Assembly: GCF_000008665.1 (NCBI RefSeq)
Contig: NC_000917.1
Span: 1,020,001 to 1,052,000, forward strand
Reading direction: 5' to 3'
Length of the DNA: 32,000 nt
Source: Archaeoglobus fulgidus DSM 4304
GTDB lineage: Archaea > Halobacteriota > Archaeoglobi > Archaeoglobales > Archaeoglobaceae
The position numbers and the translations under genes are program-made. Below are positions 9,489 through 17,020 of this stretch, piece after piece (within the stretch, counting starts at the first letter, position 1; each line of letters begins with the position of its first letter). Under the pieces are notes generated by a model. That model was not told the origin of the DNA and did no database searches. It saw only the letters and a program-made list of their open reading frames with translations.

Positions 9489-10572
9489 TTTCAATCAGCC
9501 TGTAGTTTTGCGTTCCCAGTTCAAGCTTTTCGGCATAGTTAAGCATCCCCTCAACGTCCGTCCAGTCCCAGAACTTCTTGTCTTTCAGCAATGCTCCGCT
9601 TAGATTCTCAGCCTGCCTGTACAAGTCCACGCTTGCCCTGTCTATTGCGAGAATATCCTTTGAGGCCATTATGCCCAGGTCAGGCACAACTGGCAGGTCG
9701 CTGTAGGGGTGGCAGTCGCAGTGGGGGGTGATGTCCATCAGGAAGTTCAGGTAGGCGAAGTTCTTCTGCACCTTAAAAACACCCTTCGTGCACTCCACTA
9801 TTCTCTCCGACACATCTCTGCCAAAAACCCAGAAGGTTTTAACAGCCCCATAATCACAGGCCTCCGAGCAGCCGAGGCACTTGACGCACTTCTCCCTGTT
9901 AATCTGGTAGTCCTCTATCGCATTGCTTGGACAGATTTTCACGCACTCATCGCACTTCGTGCACTTCTCTTCATCAATCTGCGGGTAGTCGGACATGTGG
10001 ATGTCGAATTTGGAGGGCTTTGCAACGCAGCCAACCCCCACGTTCTTTATGCTCCCCCCAACCCCAGCCTGCATGTGCAGCTTGAAGTGGGTGCAGCAGA
10101 TGACCGCATCGCATTCAGCAATGGCCTTAGCCACCTTCACCGAGTTAAGGTGTTTCCCCTCTACCGGCACCTCAACGTAGTCGAAGCCCAGCAATCCGTC
10201 GGCGATGATTATCGGGGCCTTCAGGGTTTGGTGGGTGTATCCGTTTTCTTCAGCAATGTTTATTCTCCCCACCGCAGTGCATCTTGGCCTCAGCATCCCC
10301 AGACCGGTAGTTTCCGTCACAAAAGGCCTTCCACCAGCCTCGATAACCTTCTCAACAACTGTCCTTATGAAGACGCTCCTCAGAGTTCTTGTTGTGCCCC
10401 TATCGCCAAAATGCGTTTTTACCGCTACAACATCCCCCTTTGAAACCACATCAAGAACACCGCTCTCATCTATCAGCTTTTCCAGCTTTCTAACAGCACT
10501 CAAATCGGGCTGATACCATTTAGCTGGATCTGTAACCTCCGCCCTTGTGCTTGTGTAAAAAACATCCTTCAT
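9481..10572 (-). CDS. COG2768/DUF362-type Fe-S protein with 2x[4Fe-4S] ferredoxin domain
   Basis: 363 aa. Family-typical N-terminus (VFYTSTR..., VAVKTHFGDRGTTRTLRSVFIRTVVEKVIEAGGRPFVTETT), HFKLH..GVGGSIKN, and two Cys clusters (CTKCDECVKICP; CVKCLGCSEAC). ATGA overlap with the upstream KaiC-like gene. Confidence 0.85.
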   Translation of the reverse strand: MKDVFYTSTRAEVTDPAKWYQPDLSAVRKLEKLIDESGVLDVVSKGDVVAVKTHFGDRGTTRTLRSVFIRTVVEKVIEAGGRPFVTETTGLGMLRPRCTAVGRINIAEENGYTHQTLKAPIIIADGLLGFDYVEVPVEGKHLNSVKVAKAIAECDAVICCTHFKLHMQAGVGGSIKNVGVGCVAKPSKFDIHMSDYPQIDEEKCTKCDECVKICPSNAIEDYQINREKCVKCLGCSEACDYGAVKTFWVFGRDVSERIVECTKGVFKVQKNFAYLNFLMDITPHCDCHPYSDLPVVPDLGIMASKDILAIDRASVDLYRQAENLSGALLKDKKFWDWTDVEGMLNYAEKLELGTQNYRLIEIS

Positions 10573-11156
10573 AAACTCTCTTTCAGCATCCTCTTAATTA
10601 TCTCTTTCGCCTCATTGGAATCAAAATCGCTTTTGTCAAGGGGGACCGAGGACTTTATAATTCTGACCTTTCCATCCTCTTTAGTTTCCACAATATTGGG
10701 AAAGAACATGGAAATTGAAACTTCCACACTCTTCTCGTGGGCATCCTTGACTAAGGTGAAAATGCTGTTTGATTTCTCCTTTTCAACTCTCACAAGTAAA
10801 GCCCTTAAGAAGTGGAGGATTCTCTGATATGTGTGGTAGATGAGCAACCCCGAGATTGAGTTCATTATCAGAAGGTAGCTGCCATCAAGACCGTCAAGCA
10901 CTTTGTTTATGGCCAGGCTCACCTCGTTGAGGTTCAGGGGGTTGGAAACGATTATGTCTCTGCTGTCTTCTGAGTTCTTCTTCCCCCACGTGTAGGTGTC
11001 GATAATCCACACATCTTCTCTTCCAATTCTTTTTCTGACAAAATATGCGCTGGAGAGAGTGGTAACCCAAACTACATTGTCGAATTCCTTCGAAACATCC
11101 TCGAGGATCTTGCACTTGCCCGTTCCAGGGGGGCCATTAATCAGTACGTGTGTCAT
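10569..11156 (-). CDS. mini KaiC/RecA-superfamily (DUF835-like) P-loop ATPase
   Basis: 195 aa. Walker A lies at the extreme N-terminus (LINGPPGTGK), and a Walker-B-like hydrophobic strand reads YLLIMNSISGL. The order of conserved blocks resembles archaeal KaiC-like/DUF835 signalling ATPases. A GAGGA SD lies upstream. Confidence 0.6.
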   Translation of the reverse strand: MTHVLINGPPGTGKCKILEDVSKEFDNVVWVTTLSSAYFVRKRIGREDVWIIDTYTWGKKNSEDSRDIIVSNPLNLNEVSLAINKVLDGLDGSYLLIMNSISGLLIYHTYQRILHFLRALLVRVEKEKSNSIFTLVKDAHEKSVEVSISMFFPNIVETKEDGKVRIIKSSVPLDKSDFDSNEAKEIIKRMLKESL

Positions 11157-11200
11157 CTAAATTCCTCTCTGCAAGGTGTTGGCTTAGGTGTTCAGATAGG

Positions 11201-11208
11201 TTTTAAAC
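11201..11208. promoter_or_regulatory. shared/bidirectional TATA candidate (TTTTAAAC) between KaiC-like operon and metallophosphoesterase gene
   Basis: The only AT-rich box in the 74-bp divergent intergenic region. Its centre is ~26 nt upstream of ATG 11231. Preceded by a direct repeat AGGTGTT (11174-11180, 11186-11192). Confidence 0.4.
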
Positions 11209-11230
11209 TTTTACGCTTTTATCGTTACCA

Positions 11231-11899
11231 ATGGAAGATGTTTTGCTTACGCCAGAGAGGGCGGCAATTGTGGGAAATACAGCTGTAATAGCCGACCTGC
11301 ATCTCGGATTTGAGAATGTGTTGCAGGAGAGAGGCTACGCTGTACCGAGAATGCAGGTGGAGGAAATAAAAGCTAGAGTTGCGAGCATTGTGGAGAAGTA
11401 CGGTATCGCCAAAATCGTGGTGGCGGGAGACTTAAAGCATGAGTTCAGCAAAAATTTACCGTACGAGTGGGAGGACGTCAGGGAGTTTATAGAATCCGTT
11501 AATGTGGAGCTTGAGGTTGTGAGAGGAAACCATGACAACTACCTCGCAGCAATTCTGGCTGAGTACGGAATAGAGCTTAAGGAGAGCGTAAGGGTTGGAG
11601 ATTATCTGGTCGTTCATGGCCATAAGGATTGCGAGGAGGAGAAGGTGATAATGGGGCATGAGCATCCGGCCGTGAAGGTGAGAGTGAGGGGAGCTTTGTA
11701 CACTTTCCCATGCTACCTCGTTGCGGATGGAGCAAAAATCGTCCTGCCCGCCTTCTCCCCCCTGATGAGCGGTAGCGATGTTCTGCAGGGAAACTTTCTG
11801 TCACCCATCCTTCAGAAGGCGAGGAAAATTGAGGTTTATGCGATTGAGGAGGAAGTTGTGTATCTAGGAAGTATCGAGGATTTACGAAAAATTATTTAG
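11231..11899 (+). CDS. COG1407-type (ICC/MPE-like) metallophosphoesterase
   Basis: 222 aa with calcineurin-like motifs in order: DLHLG, GDLKHEF, GNHD, HGH, GHEHP. Confidence 0.8.
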   Translation: MEDVLLTPERAAIVGNTAVIADLHLGFENVLQERGYAVPRMQVEEIKARVASIVEKYGIAKIVVAGDLKHEFSKNLPYEWEDVREFIESVNVELEVVRGNHDNYLAAILAEYGIELKESVRVGDYLVVHGHKDCEEEKVIMGHEHPAVKVRVRGALYTFPCYLVADGAKIVLPAFSPLMSGSDVLQGNFLSPILQKARKIEVYAIEEEVVYLGSIEDLRKII

Positions 11900-11931
11900 A
11901 TTTTTAATTTTAAGTAGTTATTACGAAAAAG

Positions 11932-11939
11932 TATTAAGT
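11932..11939 (+). promoter_or_regulatory. TATA candidate (TATTAAGT) for the Panacea-like gene
   Basis: Centre ~26 nt upstream of ATG 11961 and no SD, which fits a leaderless transcript. Confidence 0.4.
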
Positions 11940-11960
11940 AACTTTGTAAACACCCCTCTT

Positions 11961-12470
11961 ATGGAATCAAGATTGCGAAGCTTGGCAGGATTTGTAGAAG
12001 CCCTCAAGGAAGCTTTGAGTTTCAAATTTAATGTTAACAGATTTGACCATAGATTGAAACTACAAAAACTAGTTTACATTTATAAGGCATTGGGCGGAAA
12101 TCTGCTAGATTATGAGTTTAATCTATACCTGAGAGGTCCATATTCTCCAGAGCTAGCGGATGATTACTACCACCTATCTAATTCTGGAATGATTGGTGAG
12201 GTAGGGGGTCAACAGAAAGAGATTTTTCTCCAAGATAAAATTTTTAGAGCATTAGTGAATATAGCAAGAGATAAAGACGGAACTTGGCTCGAAATTGCTG
12301 CGACATTATTAGAACTGAAGAAGGTTGCTGAGAGCCTAGCTAAGCTGGGAATAACGAAAGAAGACTTCGAAATGGAACTTGTGAATTTAACATATAAAAG
12401 AAAGCCCTTTGCATCTAAAAACTATATCAAAACGGTATTAGAGGAACTTAAAAAATACGGTGCTATTTAA
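11961..12470 (+). CDS. Panacea/DUF4065 (SocA/GepA-like) domain protein, antitoxin-type
   Basis: 169 aa. The core RLKLQKLVYIYKAL...LYLRGPYSPELADDYY matches the DUF4065 pattern (KLQKLLY...GP..P.ly). Lies in a low-GC stretch (hand count 19-24 G+C per 60 nt). Confidence 0.55.
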   Translation: MESRLRSLAGFVEALKEALSFKFNVNRFDHRLKLQKLVYIYKALGGNLLDYEFNLYLRGPYSPELADDYYHLSNSGMIGEVGGQQKEIFLQDKIFRALVNIARDKDGTWLEIAATLLELKKVAESLAKLGITKEDFEMELVNLTYKRKPFASKNYIKTVLEELKKYGAI

Positions 12471-12970
12471 TTCCACGCAATGTGTCAACTACGCTAACAT
12501 CTCGACCAGAAATGAAATTTATATATGCGTTTCCGTAATCTAACATCCTTCTATCATTTGCCCATATATATTTTGCATTAGGGTCCACTGACACCTGGGA
12601 GAGAAACCATATATCGTAAATGTCAAGCCCCCACTGATTTTCGTCACTCCACTCCTGATTCAGGATTTTGTCACCTCTGCCGAATATCCTCTTAAGTTCT
12701 TTTTTATCAACATCATTAATTGAATCGGCTCTTATAATTCTGGACTGAGTTTCTCTTAGAAAATCAAGCAATTTTTCGATTATTTTATCTTCTCTCCACT
12801 CTTTAACTAAACACTGCCCGAAAGTTTCGCCAATTGACGACTCTAGTAGATAGACTTCGAACTCTCGGCAATTCCCTTCTAAAATAGCTTTTTAAATCAG
12901 TGTTGTTCTCTATTTGCCCTTCAATGTAGTCTAATGCTATGGAAGTCTCTATGTAAATCCTTTTACTCAT
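12463..12970 (-). pseudogene. PIN-like domain protein (putative nuclease/toxin), disrupted by a 1-nt insertion
   Basis: ATG 12970 opens MSKRIYIETSIALDYIEGQIENNTDLK. The frame then breaks in an A5 run (plus-strand T5, 12889-12893). Skipping one base joins it to AILEGNCREFEVYLLESSIGE... and on to the track ORF 12463..12771, giving 168 aa in total. Acidic residues are spaced as in PIN domains (E8; LLESSIGE; DIYDIW; ANDRRM near the C-terminus). The family call is tentative. Confidence 0.45.
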
Positions 12971-12994
12971 CGGAATTATACTTCATGCGAGTGG

Positions 12995-13002
12995 TTTAAT
13001 TG
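12995..13002 (-). promoter_or_regulatory. TATA candidate (CAATTAAA on minus strand) for the PIN-like gene
   Basis: Centre ~27 nt upstream of ATG 12970 (leaderless geometry). Confidence 0.35.
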
Positions 13003-13071
13003 TTTTCCGTGTTAGCTTGGAGTTAGGCCGTTATTATTTCGGATAAGTATAAAATAACAATTCCTCATTAA

Positions 13072-14484
13072 TTACTCGGGAACATCAAGCCCTATGGTCC
13101 TTCTGTATCGCATTCCGGGAAAGCTAATTTTTTCAAGTGCTGAATACGCTTTGCTCCTTGCCTCCTCAATGCTTTGTCCCATTCCAACGACCGTCAGAAC
13201 TCTTCCGCCGGTTGTGACGTATCCATTCGTTTTAGCGATGCCGTTGGCGTAGATTATCGCCTCCTTCATCGCCTCCTCGATTCCTGTTATAGGCTGGCTG
13301 GTGTAGTGGTCTGCAGGATAGCCGGGCTTCAGCCCTTCTCTGCCCTTCAGAGCTCCGCTGACCGCGCAAACAGCAACGCAGTAATCGCTGCTGAACCTCA
13401 TCTCCACCTCATCCAGCCTACCCTCCACCACAGCCATCGATATCTCAGCCATATCGCTCTTAAGCCTCGGTAGCTTTGCCTCCGCTCCGGGGTCGCAGTC
13501 CCTGACGTTTATCTCAAGAACCTTAGGGATTAGTTCTCCGTTTTCCTCAACAAGCATTATGACAGGATAAAGAACGCCTTTGAACTCCTTGTCAAAGTTC
13601 TCTATTATCGGCTCCACAACCATCTCCATGATTCTCTGCTCTACCTCCTCCGTTACCGCTGGATGTGGGCTCACCGCACCCATACCTCCTGTGTTGGGGT
13701 TGATGAGCTTTCCCTCCCTGTAGAGTTGCTCTATTTGGGCTTTGGTGTAGAATTTTTTTGTGAGGCCGATGTAGAAGTCCCTCAAGCCCTCAATGTCATC
13801 GCTGTCGAAAGCCCTCTTGTAGTCCCTTGCATGGCCGAACGGCTTGACGGTTTTGCCGTCCGTCATGGCGGTGAAGGCAACCTCAATTCCCCTCAGCCTC
13901 TCCTCAACCACAATCCTGTTTCCAGCCTCTCCGAACTTCTTCTGAACCATTATCTCGTCCACCGCCCTTAATGCCTCCTCTACGGAGTCGCAGACGTAAA
14001 CACCCTTCCCCGCAGCAAGGCCATCTGCCTTCACCACTATCCCGTTGTTGAACTTCTCCCTTATGTACTCCTTCGCCTCTTCTGGATTGTCGAAGTTCGC
14101 GTACTCAGGAATGGGAACTCCAATTCTCTTTAAGAAATCCTTCGCCCAGCACTTGCTTGCTTCAAGAATCGTGGCCTCCTTTTTCGGCCCTACGGCAGGT
14201 ATTCCCTCCTCCTCAAGTCTGTCAACCAATCCGAGGCTCAGCGGCTCTTCCGGTCCGATGTAAGCGAGGTCAACCTCGCATTTCTTTGCGAACCGCACTA
14301 TCTCGTCTATTGCCCTTATAGATGGAATTTTCTTTCCATCAAGCTCGGCAATCTTACACTTTTCGAAAAATTCGCTACCCCCGTTTCCGGGAGCTATATA
14401 AATTTCTTTAACCTGCTCACTCCTTGAGAAAGCGTGAGCAATTGCGTTACCCCTCCCTCCTGCATCGACCACCAGAACCTTCAT
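13072..14484 (-). CDS. purD: phosphoribosylamine--glycine ligase
   Basis: 470 aa ATP-grasp enzyme. N-terminus MKVLVVDAGGRGNAIAHA, VVKADGLAAGKGV, NTGGMGA, C-terminal GGRVL. Carries an apparent ~30-aa insertion before NTGGMG (see findings). Confidence 0.95.
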   Translation of the reverse strand: MKVLVVDAGGRGNAIAHAFSRSEQVKEIYIAPGNGGSEFFEKCKIAELDGKKIPSIRAIDEIVRFAKKCEVDLAYIGPEEPLSLGLVDRLEEEGIPAVGPKKEATILEASKCWAKDFLKRIGVPIPEYANFDNPEEAKEYIREKFNNGIVVKADGLAAGKGVYVCDSVEEALRAVDEIMVQKKFGEAGNRIVVEERLRGIEVAFTAMTDGKTVKPFGHARDYKRAFDSDDIEGLRDFYIGLTKKFYTKAQIEQLYREGKLINPNTGGMGAVSPHPAVTEEVEQRIMEMVVEPIIENFDKEFKGVLYPVIMLVEENGELIPKVLEINVRDCDPGAEAKLPRLKSDMAEISMAVVEGRLDEVEMRFSSDYCVAVCAVSGALKGREGLKPGYPADHYTSQPITGIEEAMKEAIIYANGIAKTNGYVTTGGRVLTVVGMGQSIEEARSKAYSALEKISFPGMRYRRTIGLDVPE

Positions 14485-14591
14485 ACCGTTTTTTATCTCA
14501 TCGATTATTTTCCGTTTTCGGTCAGCAGGGGCGGATATATAATTAATCCTCGTTTTTAATTACAAATTCTACCTGTGTAAAAATAACAAAG

Positions 14592-14599
14592 CTTAAATA
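14592..14599 (+). promoter_or_regulatory. atp operon promoter (BRE/TATA aaaGCTTAAATA)
   Basis: Consensus-like archaeal BRE+TATA. The predicted TSS is near 14622, giving a ~35-nt leader with a GGTGG SD 6 nt before ATG 14657. Confidence 0.55.
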
Positions 14600-14656
14600 C
14601 GATTTGTAAGGCTTTCGAATGTCTTTAAAGTTTAGAGTTTGATCAGGGTGGTTACC

Positions 14657-14986
14657 ATGGATAGGACAGAAATTCTTGAAAAAATTAAGCAGGCAGAGAT
14701 TAAGGTTGAAGAGGCTATCAGGGCTGCAGAGGAGGAACGAAAAAACAAAATTCTTGAGGCTAAGATGAAAGCGAGAGAAATTATTGAGAGTGCCGAAGCT
14801 GAGGCGGTTAAAGTTAAGGAAGACATTCTCAATTCTGCAAGGCAACAGATAGAAGCCGAGAAGGAGGAAATCAGAAAGAGGGAAACAAAGAACATCGAGG
14901 ATTACGCAAAGAAGGGCAAGGATAACATCATGAAGGCCGTGGAGATGCTGTATAATGAGTTCGTAGGGATGATGGAACATGCTTAA
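14657..14986 (+). CDS. atpH: A-type ATP synthase subunit H
   Basis: Track ORF 14639..14986. An E/K/A-rich coiled-coil protein of ~109 aa in first position of the operon. Start set to ATG 14657 (MDRTEILEKIKQAE...) behind the SD. Confidence 0.8.
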   Translation: MDRTEILEKIKQAEIKVEEAIRAAEEERKNKILEAKMKAREIIESAEAEAVKVKEDILNSARQQIEAEKEEIRKRETKNIEDYAKKGKDNIMKAVEMLYNEFVGMMEHA

Positions 14987-17009
14987 GCCGGAACGAATGG
15001 TTAGGGTTTCTGTAGTGGGTCCCAGGGAGAAACTGGGCGAAACTGCAGACCTTCTCCACAGACTCAACCTCGTCCACATAGAGGAGCCTGAAGAATCGGA
15101 ATACTTCAGAATCGGCGAGCCGCATCCGGATGCATCAGTTGTTTCAAGAGCCCTTGTCCAGATGAGGAGCTTCATCTCCCACCTGAAGCTCGATCCATCG
15201 AGGATAGTGCCCAGAAGAAAGTTCAGAGAGTCCGAGATTGAAGCCCAGCTTAAGGAGAAGCTCGACGAGTACCAGCAATTGATTGGAGAGCGAATTGAGT
15301 ATCTGAGAAGCGTTGATGAAAAGATTGCATCCTTGCAGGAGCAGCTCAACCAGATAGAGCCTCTCAAGAGGCTCGGAATACCCGCAAGACTGCTTAAGGG
15401 CTACAAGACGCTCAGAGTTTTCGTCGGGTTTGTAAAGGAGAACCCGACGGAGAAGTTTGCCCAGGTAACGAGCGATTTTGAAGTTTTCGCCACCGAATAC
15501 GAGAAAGAGCTCGTTGTAGCGGTTTTCGTTAAAGCCGAGTACGGGGACGAGTTCCTGAGAATCTTGCAGGAGTGCGGTTACAGGGAGATTCAGGTTCCCG
15601 ACGTTGAGGACTTTGAGGCAAAAATTTCGGAGATAGAGAAGGAAATCGAATCGCTGAAGTCAAGAAAGGAGCAGGTAGAGAAGGAAATAGAAGAGGTAAA
15701 GGTAAAGGAGGCCGAAACTCTGCTTGCAATTGAAGAATACCTCAGCTCGCAGATGGACAAGTACGAGCTGCCTTTGAGAACTTTGGTTTCGAAGTACTCA
15801 TTCGTCCTCGTGGGCTATCTGCCTGCAAAGGCTTTGAACGAGTTCAAGGCCAAGATGGATGCAAACGGCGTTGCGGTTGAGGTGCTTGATGAAGAGGGTG
15901 AACCTCCAACCAAGCTCAGCAACCCTGCTGGTGTGAGAAACTTTGAGCTCCTCACAACAACCTTCGGAATTCCGAAGTACAAGGAGATTGACCCAACTGT
16001 GTTCATAGCGATCTTCTTCCCGATCTTCTTCGGTATGATGCTGGGAGATATCGGTTACGGTTTGCTCGTCACGGTCATTTCCCTGTACCTCAAGAGGGTG
16101 TTTAAGACTGAGGGCTGGCAGAGGATGCTGAACATCGGTGTGTACGCTGGAGTGATGTCAATAATCTTCGGCTTCATCTACGGAGAGTGCTTCGGCCCCT
16201 TCATAGTGCCTGGAGAGTACGAGCCATACCAGATCCACTTCATTGGCTCGCAGCTTGAGCACCTCTACGAGTTCCACCACGGTCATCCGATTTTCGACAG
16301 GGTTGAGGAGATGGGTGTCAAGATTCTGCTGTTCGCAACGATTGTGATCGGTATCGCGAAGATTCTCTTTGGATTCGCTCTCGGTTTCTACAACGTCTAT
16401 GTCGAGCATGGCCTTAAGGATGCGATTCTCGAGAAGCTCTCGTGGATCATAGGTGTTCTTGGCCTTGCAATGATCATCTTCGGCTTCGCGTACAACGTGG
16501 GAGTGTTCTACCAGCTCGGAATGGGTCCGAATCCGGGCGATGTGCCTCCGCTTCCACTGCCTGGACTTATGGAAGGCTGGCAGGCAGGACTGAACGTTTA
16601 CTACTTGGCAGCACTTCCATTGCTCGTCGTCTGGTTCATACTGTTCGTCATGGGCGAAGTGCCGAAAATGGGTGCTATGGGAGTCATACTTGCAGTCGAG
16701 CTGCTAACGTGGTTCGGCCAGATCATGAGCTACGCGAGACTTCTAGCCATTGGACTGTCTTCAGTCTACATAGCCTTCGTCATCAACTTCATCGGAATGA
16801 AGCTCATTGATCCAGTGGGTATAAGTATACCGATAGTTGGCGCAATAGTCCTGCTAATCGGACACGTGGGCAACTTGATTCTCGGCATTCTCGATCCAGG
16901 TTTGCAGTCATTGCGTTTGCACTACGTAGAGTTCTTTACGAAGTTCTTTGAGGGTGGCGGAAGGCTCTACGAGCCTTTCGGCAGGATAAAGAGGTTTATT
17001 GAGGAGTGA
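14979..17009 (+). CDS. atpI: A-type ATP synthase subunit I (stator a-subunit)
   Basis: 676 aa. Soluble N-terminal half, then a polytopic C-terminal half containing the conserved Arg region (MSYARLLAIGLSS) and LRLHYVEFF. Its start overlaps the atpH stop (ATGCTTAA). Confidence 0.93.
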   Translation: MLKPERMVRVSVVGPREKLGETADLLHRLNLVHIEEPEESEYFRIGEPHPDASVVSRALVQMRSFISHLKLDPSRIVPRRKFRESEIEAQLKEKLDEYQQLIGERIEYLRSVDEKIASLQEQLNQIEPLKRLGIPARLLKGYKTLRVFVGFVKENPTEKFAQVTSDFEVFATEYEKELVVAVFVKAEYGDEFLRILQECGYREIQVPDVEDFEAKISEIEKEIESLKSRKEQVEKEIEEVKVKEAETLLAIEEYLSSQMDKYELPLRTLVSKYSFVLVGYLPAKALNEFKAKMDANGVAVEVLDEEGEPPTKLSNPAGVRNFELLTTTFGIPKYKEIDPTVFIAIFFPIFFGMMLGDIGYGLLVTVISLYLKRVFKTEGWQRMLNIGVYAGVMSIIFGFIYGECFGPFIVPGEYEPYQIHFIGSQLEHLYEFHHGHPIFDRVEEMGVKILLFATIVIGIAKILFGFALGFYNVYVEHGLKDAILEKLSWIIGVLGLAMIIFGFAYNVGVFYQLGMGPNPGDVPPLPLPGLMEGWQAGLNVYYLAALPLLVVWFILFVMGEVPKMGAMGVILAVELLTWFGQIMSYARLLAIGLSSVYIAFVINFIGMKLIDPVGISIPIVGAIVLLIGHVGNLILGILDPGLQSLRLHYVEFFTKFFEGGGRLYEPFGRIKRFIEE

Positions 17010-17020
17010 GGTGTGTTTGA

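Noticed and set aside
11917-13058. Possible imperfect direct repeats flanking the low-GC islet (GTTATTACGAAAAAGTATTAAGTAAC at 11917-11942 versus GTTATTATTTCGGATAAGTATAAAATAAC at 13030-13058) as att-like sites.
   Set aside because: Only short blocks (GTTATTA, AAGTAT, TAAC) match, and gaps are needed. In AT-rich intergenic DNA this is within chance expectation. No integrase is present.
14560-14609. 8-bp inverted repeat TTACAAAT (14560-14567) / ATTTGTAA (14602-14609) flanking the atp operon TATA box.
   Set aside because: It is short and AT-rich, has a 34-nt spacer, and cannot be extended in either direction. That is not enough to call an operator.
14543-15367. 274-aa minus-strand ORF antisense to atpH/atpI. 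Similar long antisense ORFs occur at 17346..18011, 9709..10443, 21791..22429, 27929..28549, 28565..29287, 1149..1718, 5692..6171 and 31559..31921.
   Set aside because: Each lies fully inside a confidently identified gene on the other strand. Their products are Ser/Leu/Pro/Arg-rich low-complexity strings, typical of the complement of Glu/Lys-rich or GC-biased coding sequence. None has a promoter or SD, and none has a recognisable motif.
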